Position numbers and translations under genes: made by a program. Below, one piece after another: positions 1 through 9,505 of a stretch of DNA of 42,194 bases. The notes below the pieces were generated by a model, which saw only the letters and a program-made list of their open reading frames with translations, did no database searches and had not been told where the DNA came from. Source of the stretch: an uncultured archaeon (GTDB lineage Archaea > Asgardarchaeota > Heimdallarchaeia > Heimdallarchaeales > Heimdallarchaeaceae); NCBI GenBank assembly GCA_964549075.1, contig CAZJUB010000016.1, forward strand, positions 1 through 42,194, given 5' to 3'. How positions within the stretch are numbered: the first letter of the stretch is position 1; each line of letters opens with the position of its first letter.

Positions 1-867
1 AAGATAAGATTTAATGGTGATAAACTTACACAAATCACTTTCACATACACTCACGGAATTAGAACAGAATGGTGGAATACTGCTTACACAAATAGAGGAA
101 CAGTTGGTGCTGGAAAATTTATACCTGGAACAGATTTAGTTTATTTCACTGCACATAATGGTAATGGTTGGTACAAAGCTTATACATGTAAAAATGACGG
201 AACTGATCAATGGCAATTAATTAGTGGAAACTACTTTGCATTTACTTCAGGAATGTCACCAACAGGAAACAAACTTGTTTGGGGAGATGCTGATTATTGG
301 AATGATCCAACAACTCTGTACGCAAGCAATGTTGACGGTTCAGATGTGGTAAAAATCAAACAATTTACTCACCGTACTTTTCCACTTGTTTTAGCAGATG
401 GATATACAATTATCTGGAGCTGGAACGATGGTAATATCAATGCAATAAATATGGATGGAAGTGATAATCGCATAGTTATTGATGATGAATATAATAATTA
501 TTGGGAAAACTATCATCCTCTCTATGGACAATTATTCTTAATGAGAAGTAACAGAGCAAATGATGGGAATCAACACATCTTTAGTATAGACACTTTTGGA
601 ACTCAAATCACTCAACTAACAGATGGAGAGTATAATGATGAAGGAGCTATGTATTCCTCAAATGGAAGATATATTATGTACCGAAGATTACCAGCTGATT
701 TTGATAAAAATACCAATATTCAACCTTATCCTTATGAATTAGTTATTAAATTACTTGAACCTAAACATTGGCATTGGTGGAATCACTGGAATTGGCAAGA
801 TACATGTAATAATTATATTAGCCTTCTAAATCCAAGTACTCTTCAAAAACGACCAATTTATTTGTGA
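1..867 (+). CDS. TolB/PD40-like beta-propeller protein, 5'-partial
   Basis: Frame is open from base 1 to TGA at 865-867, so it extends upstream of the track start at 253. Repeated motifs LYASNVDGS, INAINMDGS, IFSIDTFGTQITQLT, YSSNGRYIMY. Confidence 0.7.
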   Translation, partial: KIRFNGDKLTQITFTYTHGIRTEWWNTAYTNRGTVGAGKFIPGTDLVYFTAHNGNGWYKAYTCKNDGTDQWQLISGNYFAFTSGMSPTGNKLVWGDADYWNDPTTLYASNVDGSDVVKIKQFTHRTFPLVLADGYTIIWSWNDGNINAINMDGSDNRIVIDDEYNNYWENYHPLYGQLFLMRSNRANDGNQHIFSIDTFGTQITQLTDGEYNDEGAMYSSNGRYIMYRRLPADFDKNTNIQPYPYELVIKLLEPKHWHWWNHWNWQDTCNNYISLLNPSTLQKRPIYL

Positions 868-933
868 ACAACGTTATGCAAAAAATTTCTTTTTTTCTTT
901 TTTTCTTTTATGATTCTTAAGACAAATGCTTTA

Positions 934-1809
934 CTATTTTTTAGACTCATTTCTTACCTGAACGTTAGGTTTATCCAAACCATATGCTTTGCTTAATCTT
1001 TCTCTAAAATCTGCTATAAATCTAGTAGTTGGTCCACCATCAACAGTTGTGTGATCAATATTAAAAGTTATCCACAGATAATCTCGAGGTTCAATTTTGT
1101 TCAGATTCAGTGAACCATCTTCATTCCGATGGTAACCAGGTTTCTTTTCTATTCCTCCAGCGTTAATGGAAATATTTTCTATTGCAATAGGGATAGCAGT
1201 TCCCCCTCCTTTTGCATACATTCCTACAGAAGTTATACCAATTGTTCCAAGAAATTGTCTTCGCCAAAATGGATTATTATAAATGCGGTTCATCAGGAAA
1301 CGTCTAAGAAAACCTGGCATTCGAAGCAACAAATCTGCTGCAGATTCTTCTTCTTTATCTACCATACTGTCATCAGTTTTAGACTTGCCTGACCATAGAA
1401 TATTAGTGATTTCTAAAATTGATTTCTCATTTGCTTTTCTTATAAGTAACTTAGCAGGAACTTTCTTTCCTTTAATATCCTTCTCAACAATACAGGAAAG
1501 ATCTACATCCTCAAAAATAACCATCTTTCTTCTTTTCCATCTTATAGCTTGCATATAAGGGTGATCTAATATCGTTTGAACAAACACATAGGATAAATAC
1601 CCAGTAAAGGAAATTTGGATCCCTTTGTTTTTGAACTCAGCTATTTTCTTAAGAGGTAGAGTAACATCAATCTCACCAACAGCATAAACTTTGAGAGTAT
1701 TATCACCAATAGTGATGAAATCAACAACAATATCTCTATTACGTGAAAAAGGTACAGTGTAATATCTGCCAAACTTAGAGTTTTTCATCCTTTTACTAGC
1801 TTTCATCAT
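934..1809 (-). CDS. Stand-alone 2-oxoacid dehydrogenase E2-like acyltransferase catalytic domain
   Basis: IRKANEKSILEI, GTIGITSVG and active-site-like DHTTVDGG (cf. DHRxxDG). No lipoyl or E3-binding domain. Confidence 0.8.
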   Translation of the reverse strand: MMKASKRMKNSKFGRYYTVPFSRNRDIVVDFITIGDNTLKVYAVGEIDVTLPLKKIAEFKNKGIQISFTGYLSYVFVQTILDHPYMQAIRWKRRKMVIFEDVDLSCIVEKDIKGKKVPAKLLIRKANEKSILEITNILWSGKSKTDDSMVDKEEESAADLLLRMPGFLRRFLMNRIYNNPFWRRQFLGTIGITSVGMYAKGGGTAIPIAIENISINAGGIEKKPGYHRNEDGSLNLNKIEPRDYLWITFNIDHTTVDGGPTTRFIADFRERLSKAYGLDKPNVQVRNESKK

Positions 1810-2017
1810 AAAAGGATTTATTGTTTTAAAGATAAATATTGTGGAATAGCAAGTTGTTAAAAACTTTTACAAAAGTAAGTGAAAGAAGAAAACTTGGACA
1901 AAAATTAAAATGTTTTTCCTAAAATTAATTGGAGTAAGAATTCGATGATTTCAATTGGAATATATTTTTATAATACATCAAAAAAATATTTTTAATAACA
2001 AACAAAGAGGTCATTTT

Positions 2018-4111
2018 ATGAAATTAACAAAATATACCATAACATTAGTTATTATAATAACACTAAGTTTTTCTTTGAATAAGACAGCTTTAAATAGCTC
2101 TGCTAATCAAAAAGTAAATTTTAACAACAACGGATTAACAACAAATGAGCAACAAATCAAAAAATTTCCGGGAGGTGTAAATATTACTTTTGATGATTTA
2201 GCAAGCCAAGCTGATATTGATAATCATTATCCTGGAGTTGAATTCTCACCAGGTTACAAAGCGTGGAACTCTTCACCTAGTCCTACTTATCCTCCAGAAT
2301 CTGGTGAAAATGTTGCTTATACTTATGAAATCAACAATTGGTTTGTTTTTGATATGCCTATTGAGAAGATAGGTTTTTTCATCTCAACAGGACCTGGAAA
2401 TTATAGTTTTGTGGTTACTGCTTATACTAATCAGAGTGTATCAATTGAAGAAAAATCACTTGAAGATCACGTTGCAAATCAATATGTAGAATTTAACTCA
2501 CCTTTAGGCAGAATTTACAACATCTCAGTAAGTGGAGATACAGACTTTAATAATTGGTGGGCTATAGATTCCATTAGTTATCTAAAATTTATTTCTCCTA
2601 CACCAAATATAATAGATTTTGAAGATTTAAACAGTGGAGAATCAGTTACTGGGAAGTATGCTGGAATTTCATTTGAAGTAGGTTATACAGCATGGGATTC
2701 AACCTCATCACCAAAATATCCCCCACATTCAGGAAACATCATTGTTTATACCTATGACCCAACACCTTTCATAATCTTCTCTTTTGAAGTAGAGTTTGTT
2801 TCGTTCTATATCAATATTGGAGATACATATAATATGCAGTTTTCAGCGTATAGTGAAAGTGGATCTTTATTAGATAGAGAATATGTAAGTGGAGAAATCT
2901 TAAATCACTATGTAACCTTAGAGTCAACATATGGTAAAATACAGAATATCACTATAACAGGGAATTCTGGTTTTAATACATATTGGACTATGGATGATTT
3001 ATGTTACAGAGAACATGAATCACTTAATGCCCAATTGATCACAGGTGATGATTTAGCTAATAGAACACGTCTAGGAGACCTATATGAGAATGTAACATTT
3101 TCAGAATATTATGTAACAAATAATGCATCTGAAAGTCCGATTTATCCACCTCAATCTGGAGATTTTAATTTTTATTCTCAAGAAACAGACAATTATATCA
3201 TATTTACTAATCCTGTTTCATATGTTAGCTTTTACATATGTCAATATTTGGATCATAATGATAAAGTAAAGGTGTTTAATTCAGATGATGTATTAGTTAA
3301 AACTGTTGATGTTGAAGCAAATGCCATAAATCAATTTGTAGAGATAACTTCCACTGTTGGTTTGATTCATAGGATATGGATTACGGGAGATACGGGATAT
3401 CCACTCTTATGGGCAATAGATACATTGTACTTTGAAGAATATAGAGAAACCTTTGAATTTACACTAGATTTTGAGAATGTTCCAAGCAATAATCTGAGCA
3501 TATATCCACATATAAATTTCTCAACAGGATATCAAACTTGGATTTCAAGTGGTAGTGTTTATTATCCTCCAGTTTCAGGAATACATGTAGCTTTTAATCA
3601 CAATTTAAATCCTAATGTTACATTTGAAATACCTATTATATTTGCAAGTTTTTATATTTCTACATCTCCCGATGATTATAATTTAGAAGTTTTAGCTTAT
3701 AATTCTAAAGATGAGCTAATTTTCAGAGTAGGTGTAGAACCTGATTCAAGAAGCAAATTCATCGAAATATATTCTGAAGATTCTAATATTTATAGAATAA
3801 TGATTAATGGAACGACTGGTTATGAATCTTATTGGACTTTAGAAAATTTGTATTATAAAGCTGATATTTTTACATATGATTTAGATGAAGATGGACTCTC
3901 ATACTACGAAGAAATGATCTATAACACTGATCCTTTTAACTGGGATTCTGATGGAGATGGTTTTTCTGATGGTGTCGAAGTAGCAGAAGGAACAGATCCA
4001 AATGATCCGTTTGATTACCCAATAGTAGTTCCAGAATATAGAACAATTGCATTAATTGTAATAATTCCATTCTTAGTATCTTTTGGATTATACTTAAAGA
4101 GAAAGAAATAA
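2018..4111 (+). CDS. Cell-surface protein: signal peptide, four ~142-aa repeats, DxDxDG Ca-binding motif, PEF-like sorting tail
   Basis: ATG 2018 follows GAGG and opens a signal peptide (preferred over TTG 1955). Repeats begin near 2183, 2612, 3038 and 3464. C-terminus VVPEY + hydrophobic helix + KRKK. Confidence 0.8.
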   Translation: MKLTKYTITLVIIITLSFSLNKTALNSSANQKVNFNNNGLTTNEQQIKKFPGGVNITFDDLASQADIDNHYPGVEFSPGYKAWNSSPSPTYPPESGENVAYTYEINNWFVFDMPIEKIGFFISTGPGNYSFVVTAYTNQSVSIEEKSLEDHVANQYVEFNSPLGRIYNISVSGDTDFNNWWAIDSISYLKFISPTPNIIDFEDLNSGESVTGKYAGISFEVGYTAWDSTSSPKYPPHSGNIIVYTYDPTPFIIFSFEVEFVSFYINIGDTYNMQFSAYSESGSLLDREYVSGEILNHYVTLESTYGKIQNITITGNSGFNTYWTMDDLCYREHESLNAQLITGDDLANRTRLGDLYENVTFSEYYVTNNASESPIYPPQSGDFNFYSQETDNYIIFTNPVSYVSFYICQYLDHNDKVKVFNSDDVLVKTVDVEANAINQFVEITSTVGLIHRIWITGDTGYPLLWAIDTLYFEEYRETFEFTLDFENVPSNNLSIYPHINFSTGYQTWISSGSVYYPPVSGIHVAFNHNLNPNVTFEIPIIFASFYISTSPDDYNLEVLAYNSKDELIFRVGVEPDSRSKFIEIYSEDSNIYRIMINGTTGYESYWTLENLYYKADIFTYDLDEDGLSYYEEMIYNTDPFNWDSDGDGFSDGVEVAEGTDPNDPFDYPIVVPEYRTIALIVIIPFLVSFGLYLKRKK

Positions 4112-4226
4112 TCCAACTTCTCTCTTTTTTTAAATATCTTTTTTGAAATATCAAATATTGAAATTAGTGCTTAATAAAGTAATAATCCCTAGAATTTTGA
4201 AATATTAAAATAGAAAAGCAAGAGAT

Positions 4227-4787
4227 TTAAGTTCTAATCTCTTCAACCGTTATTGATCTAGCATAGTCAAAGTTAGGAGGATTATTAGTTATTAATGAAT
4301 TTGCACCAGAGGAAGGCCAAATAGACTTCCAATATACACTTATAGTATAAGTTCCTGCTGATAATTCTCCAGTTACATAAGTTATAGTTACATCTGCTGG
4401 AATTTCAGAATAAGATCCAGGAGTAGCTAATTGTCTATAATAAGCAACTTTAGTTGTTCTATTTCCAATTCCGGAAACTGTAAGAGCTATTTCAATTTGA
4501 ATTGCACCTGTCATAGTATCTACAATTGAAAAAACAGCTGGCATGACATAGAGTAGAGATAAGAACGATTTACCACTTGTTGTAATAGATAGCGTTGTTT
4601 GGTTAATAAGCTCAAAAGTATCAACATCATCTAAAATAAATGCTCGATCATCAAATTCCTCATAAGCAAATTGAACAGTTCCACCATCTTTCATATCAGG
4701 ATAAAGAAGTGGAAGAACAAAATAAGTAGTTGGAGCAAGTATTAATATCGAGATTGCAACACTTGCAATAATTTCTTTTACTGCCAT
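4227..4787 (-). CDS. Hypothetical N-terminally anchored beta-rich protein
   Basis: N-terminal hydrophobic helix after ATG 4787 (track start 4823), then a beta-strand-rich domain. Confidence 0.65.
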   Translation of the reverse strand: MAVKEIIASVAISILILAPTTYFVLPLLYPDMKDGGTVQFAYEEFDDRAFILDDVDTFELINQTTLSITTSGKSFLSLLYVMPAVFSIVDTMTGAIQIEIALTVSGIGNRTTKVAYYRQLATPGSYSEIPADVTITYVTGELSAGTYTISVYWKSIWPSSGANSLITNNPPNFDYARSITVEEIRT

Positions 4788-4885
4788 AATTTCACATCTT
4801 TTCTTTTCAGATGTTTTTAACATCTAAAATAGAGATATTCACTTCAGATTATAAAGTATTCTTAAAAAAAAGTGAATCTAGAGAT

Positions 4886-5428
4886 TTAATCTCTATCACA
4901 TAAATCTGTAAGACAACTAATAAAGAAAAAAGCCGTTAAACAATCCCAGAAAATATTACTGGTGTCTCCAGAATATCTATTTCCAGAAGTACAAGTGCTT
5001 CTTCCACGAGAATGAATTCGATTTGAAGTGATCATCATAGGGATAAAAGACACAATCAATAAAATCCCTAAACCGATTTCAATATACAAAAACGTATGAA
5101 AGGTATCTATTCCAAAGAAATCAAAGAAACCAGGATTGAAGTAATATATTAAACCAACTGCAATTATCGCCATGATTACGAGAACAGTTAGTCCTCCAAA
5201 AGAATTTCTGGTTCGTTTCTTAGGGACTCTTCTAACTGATTCTTGATAGCTCTCTGGATCTGTTCCAACCACTTGAACTCTCTGTGTTTTCCCATTATTA
5301 TAGGAGACTGGTAATTTGTCACCTTTGAATTTTAAAATTACATTTTCTAGATCTGCGCCACAGTTGGTGCAATAACGATTATTAGACTTATGTTCTTTAC
5401 CACAAGAAGGACAATAAATTTCAGTCAT
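4886..5428 (-). CDS. Zinc-ribbon membrane protein with Cys-containing hydrophobic C-terminal tail
   Basis: CPSCG...CTNCG at the N-terminus, two TM helices, tail FWDCLTAFFFISCLTDLCDRD. Confidence 0.75.
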   Translation of the reverse strand: MTEIYCPSCGKEHKSNNRYCTNCGADLENVILKFKGDKLPVSYNNGKTQRVQVVGTDPESYQESVRRVPKKRTRNSFGGLTVLVIMAIIAVGLIYYFNPGFFDFFGIDTFHTFLYIEIGLGILLIVSFIPMMITSNRIHSRGRSTCTSGNRYSGDTSNIFWDCLTAFFFISCLTDLCDRD

Positions 5429-5579
5429 ATCAAATCAACATGTTTGTTTTCATTTAATAACAATATGATAGTATTATGTTAAAACAAAGTTAAAAATATT
5501 TCATTTAAAACTTTAGAATTCAAATCATTAATTTTCGCGTATACAGTATGTTTTTTAACTGTTTGGAGGATGTTCAACC

Positions 5580-6608
5580 ATGAAAATTGGTATACTAACC
5601 GGAGGAGGAGACGCTCCAGGACTCAATGCAGTCATTCGAGCCATAGGTAGGAAGGGTATGGATCATTATCAAGATGAATTCATTGGCTTGAAGAATGGTT
5701 GGGCAGGTTTAATGTGTTTAGATTATATCGAGATGGCGCGACAAAACTTCTCTGGTATTCTCCATCTAGGGGGAACAATATTGGGTTCTTCTAGAACTAA
5801 TCCTGAAAAAGAGGAAGGCGGAATTGAACAAGCAATTAAAAACTTCAAAGATTTAGGATTAGATGCTCTGATAGTCATAGGAGGAGATGATACTTTAGGA
5901 GTAGCTCAAAAGCTTTACGAGAGAGGGATTCCTTTAGTCGGTGTGCCAAAAACTATAGATAATGATGTTTGTGGGACCGATATGACTTTTGGTTTTGATA
6001 CTGCAGTTGCAATAGCAACAGAAGCAATAGATAGATTGCATACAACAGCTGAATCTCATCATAGATGTATAGTTGTTGAAGTTATGGGGAGACATTCAGG
6101 ATGGATTGCAACTCATGCAGGAATTGCTGGAGGTGCAGATATTGTACTCATACCAGAAGAATCTTTTAGTCTTGATGATGTTATTGATAAAATACAGAAA
6201 AGGATGAATAGAGGTAAATTCTTCTCTATCGTTGTTGTTTCAGAAGGTTATCAACTTAAAGAAAAAAAATGGGATCATCTCCTTAAAGAAACAGATGATT
6301 TTGGTAACGTTAGATTAGGTGGAATCGGAGATCTAGTTGCAAAAGAAATCGAAAAGCGAATGGGGATCGAATCAAGAGCAGTAGTTTTAGGTCATGTGCA
6401 GAGAGGAGGAACACCAACAGCATTCGATAGAATACTTGGAACAAAATTTGGTATATCAGCTATTGATTATGTTCATCAAGGTAAATTTGGTATGATGACA
6501 TCTTTACAAGGAACTAAAGTAAAACCTGTACCAATTCTAGATGGGATAAAAGAGACTAAAACTGTGGATAAAGAAACTTATGAGATCGCCAAAGTTTTCT
6601 TTGGATAA
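5580..6608 (+). CDS. pfkA: PfkA-family 6-phosphofructokinase, PPi-type signature
   Basis: TGGGDAPGLN, GGDD, PKTIDND, EVMGR and GHVQRGG motifs. GGAGG ribosome-binding site upstream. Confidence 0.93.
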   Translation: MKIGILTGGGDAPGLNAVIRAIGRKGMDHYQDEFIGLKNGWAGLMCLDYIEMARQNFSGILHLGGTILGSSRTNPEKEEGGIEQAIKNFKDLGLDALIVIGGDDTLGVAQKLYERGIPLVGVPKTIDNDVCGTDMTFGFDTAVAIATEAIDRLHTTAESHHRCIVVEVMGRHSGWIATHAGIAGGADIVLIPEESFSLDDVIDKIQKRMNRGKFFSIVVVSEGYQLKEKKWDHLLKETDDFGNVRLGGIGDLVAKEIEKRMGIESRAVVLGHVQRGGTPTAFDRILGTKFGISAIDYVHQGKFGMMTSLQGTKVKPVPILDGIKETKTVDKETYEIAKVFFG

Positions 6609-6674
6609 ATTTTTCACCATACATGTCTTAGTTGTACATAATTTCTAACAATTTGATAGTCCTTTCTTTCATTT

Positions 6675-7073
6675 TTAATTTTTCTTCTTGGTAATAAATC
6701 ATGAGGATTTTTTAAATATAAGAAAAGCTCCACAGGTTAGGAGAATGGCAGCAAACACAATTTCAAGAATAATAAATCATGTTCTACTAAGATCAGAAGC
6801 AATATATGGTAAAATCATAACAATAATTACAAGAAAAGCAAAAATCATTACTATAATTAAAGTAGATTTGGTTTTACTAGTTGTTCGAAAGGTTGGTTTT
6901 TGATTTTCTGAATCTTTGATAATTATTATATGGATATTATAGTGATTTTCTAGAACTAATTCAGATTCCTTTAGTTTTGTAGTTTCATGTTTTAGATTTT
7001 CGCCACAGTGATCACAAAAATAATCATTAGGGATTATTTTTTCTCCGTAATGTGGACAAACAATTTCAAGCAT
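6675..7073 (-). pseudogene. Probably decaying zinc-ribbon membrane protein, paralog of 4886-5428
   Basis: First CxxC is broken (CPHY). The frame continues past TGA 6777-6779 into a second TM helix (FIILEIVFAAILLTCGAFLIF), past a second TGA at 6699-6701, to TAA at 6675-6677. Confidence 0.55.
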
Positions 7074-7136
7074 ATCAACAAATAAAAATTATAGAGAATA
7101 ATAAGTATTGCTGAAAAAATAAAAGTAAGAGAAAGA

Positions 7137-8729
7137 TTATTTTCTCTTCTTCAGATAAATTACTAATCCAGGTATAATTGTCAGGAAAACCACAGCAAAC
7201 CAGCTTATAAAAATATATTCTGAGATTACAGGAGGTACATAAGGATCAGACAATGGATACATATCGAAAACTCCAGCTGCTCCATCTATTGCATAAGTTC
7301 CTGTTCCATTCCAATTTTGCCAATAGTTCCCCTGATTTAATGTAGTGTTGTACCAAGTGTTTCCTGTGTCATCGTATCCATAGCTTGTGCTAGTACATTG
7401 AAGTAACGTATTATGATAGATTCTATTTCCAGTACATAATTCGAATACTATTCCATAGGAGAACTTTTGGAAAGCATTTTGATAAATATCAAAGTTAGTT
7501 ACAGAATTTATAAAATGTATTCCATATTGTCCATCATAAAATTGATTATTTCTAATAAAACCTCCATCAGAACCTGTAGCTGCTATATCTTCTACATTAT
7601 GATACAATGTGTTATTATATATTTTGATATTGTTGCTATAAAAGAAATTTATTGCATAGTGATTATAGCTTATGTTACAAAAACGGATGTCGATATTTGT
7701 ACAAAAATGTAAATTTATAGCAGAATAAAGACTCGTTGCAAAGGAATTCTGTGAACTTATTTGAACATTGGAACAATTTACGAGTATATATTGACTACTT
7801 GCTGTCAAGATATCGGTATCAGTGAGATTTTCTTCGTATTTAATCATTGAACTATCAATATAATTGTTGATAACTTGAAGAGTCAATAAGTCATCCTCAT
7901 TTATATCATAAACTCCAAGACCACACGCATGGAAATTATTACTTATCACACGAGCATAATCAGAGTATCGTATCATAATACCATAGTTAGAACAATCGTT
8001 TACCTGATTATGTCCTATATATGGATCAATAGTTGAATAAGATTCTATACCACGATCACAGGATGTAATAACATTGTATTGTATCACAGTTTCATCCGAA
8101 TCTTCAGCTAAAATTCCATAAGGTACACAAGCGGATGCGTCATTATAGTAAATAAACATATGAATACAATTGGTTACGTAAATAGCTCTGTAACAATCTG
8201 TTATAGTGTTGTTATAAACAAATGATTCACTACAGTTATCAAATCTTATTCCAGCTGTTCCACAATTAGTTATAGTATTGTTCATAGCCTCAGTGTTATT
8301 AGTATCAGTCATTCTAATAGCAATGTCATCATTAGAAATAGTACTGTTCCATACTCTAGCTCTTTGAGGTAGGATATTATCTACATCAATCCCATACGAA
8401 CCACCAGTAATAGTACAATTCCTTATCATAATATAGGTATTCGATCCAACTAGTCCAGTTATATAAATACCAGTTTGACCAGATGAAAGAGCGATATTCA
8501 AGTATTCAATTCTATAAGGATCGTTATAAGTGCCGGAACCTGGTAAATTTAGTGAAATTAATTCAGCATCAGAAGTAATGGAAATAGGTGCATCTACAGT
8601 TATAACATTACCCGGTGATTCAGGATATCCATAATTTTCTGCAGTAATTATCTCTGTTGTTGTTTGAAAGTAAGGTATCAGTATCAACAATGAGATACTT
8701 AAAATAAGTAAACTTTGTTTTATTTTCAA
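7137..8729 (-). CDS. Right-handed parallel beta-helix (NosD-like) surface protein with PEF-like tail
   Basis: LPGSGTYNDPYRIE motif, GIxL/NNTI coil repeats, GNYW, tail VISEY + TM + KKRK. Likely start TTG 8729 after GGTG (track start 8786). Confidence 0.8.
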   Translation of the reverse strand: MKIKQSLLILSISLLILIPYFQTTTEIITAENYGYPESPGNVITVDAPISITSDAELISLNLPGSGTYNDPYRIEYLNIALSSGQTGIYITGLVGSNTYIMIRNCTITGGSYGIDVDNILPQRARVWNSTISNDDIAIRMTDTNNTEAMNNTITNCGTAGIRFDNCSESFVYNNTITDCYRAIYVTNCIHMFIYYNDASACVPYGILAEDSDETVIQYNVITSCDRGIESYSTIDPYIGHNQVNDCSNYGIMIRYSDYARVISNNFHACGLGVYDINEDDLLTLQVINNYIDSSMIKYEENLTDTDILTASSQYILVNCSNVQISSQNSFATSLYSAINLHFCTNIDIRFCNISYNHYAINFFYSNNIKIYNNTLYHNVEDIAATGSDGGFIRNNQFYDGQYGIHFINSVTNFDIYQNAFQKFSYGIVFELCTGNRIYHNTLLQCTSTSYGYDDTGNTWYNTTLNQGNYWQNWNGTGTYAIDGAAGVFDMYPLSDPYVPPVISEYIFISWFAVVFLTIIPGLVIYLKKRK

Positions 8730-8860
8730 ATAAACACCAATTATAGTTTTATTAGAATTAAACTTATAAATGTTGTAGGTGAGCATTACATAATCTTTGA
8801 GTTTGAAAGAATCACTTACATATAATGTTACATTTAAAATATAGCTTTTTCATTTGATTA

Positions 8861-9484
8861 ATGATGAGCTTACTTTGTCAAGTTTGTGGAGAAAGAATCA
8901 AGATACCGAAAAAGCAGAAAAGAAGCTTCTTTCCAAGATCTAATATGATTTCCACTAAATATTGTTCAATCAGGTGTCAAGTATCAAGTTACAGGTATTT
9001 CCTGTTAGGGATAGGAATTTTCTTTTTAGCAACTTATCTTGGGATAAGTATTCCACTTTTTAGGAACGACTCAGATCTCTGGATACTGTTTGTTGCAATG
9101 TTTCCAGTGATGGTAATGGGTCTGATTGGATTAATAGCTGGTTTGATTACTCTAGTAATTCATAAAAGTATTATAAAACGAGTTAAGCAAAAAAGGTTCT
9201 ATTGTTATTTTTGTGGGTATGATATAACATATTCAAGTAAAGGAGGTTCGTTGGTTTGTAACAGTTGTGGGAATAAAGTACTATATTGTAATTTCTGCTC
9301 AAAAATCATAAACCCAAATGAGGACATAGCAGTAATCAAGCCATGTAATCATGTTTTCCATAAAGGAGAATTGTTAGACTATGTGGAAGAGAGCTATACT
9401 TGTCCAAAATGTCAAGGAGAAATAAAAGAATTAGCTTTCAAAATTGAGAAAGATGATGAAGAATTTTGGGTAAAAGCAAAATAG
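8861..9484 (+). CDS. Membrane-anchored RING-H2-like protein, putative E3 ubiquitin ligase
   Basis: N-terminal CxxC...CSxxC, two TM helices, CxxC...CxxC ribbon, then CNFC-x15-CNHVFHKGE-x10-CPKC. Confidence 0.7.
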   Translation: MMSLLCQVCGERIKIPKKQKRSFFPRSNMISTKYCSIRCQVSSYRYFLLGIGIFFLATYLGISIPLFRNDSDLWILFVAMFPVMVMGLIGLIAGLITLVIHKSIIKRVKQKRFYCYFCGYDITYSSKGGSLVCNSCGNKVLYCNFCSKIINPNEDIAVIKPCNHVFHKGELLDYVEESYTCPKCQGEIKELAFKIEKDDEEFWVKAK

Positions 9485-9505
9485 AAAAAGGAGAGGAGAA
9501 GAAAG

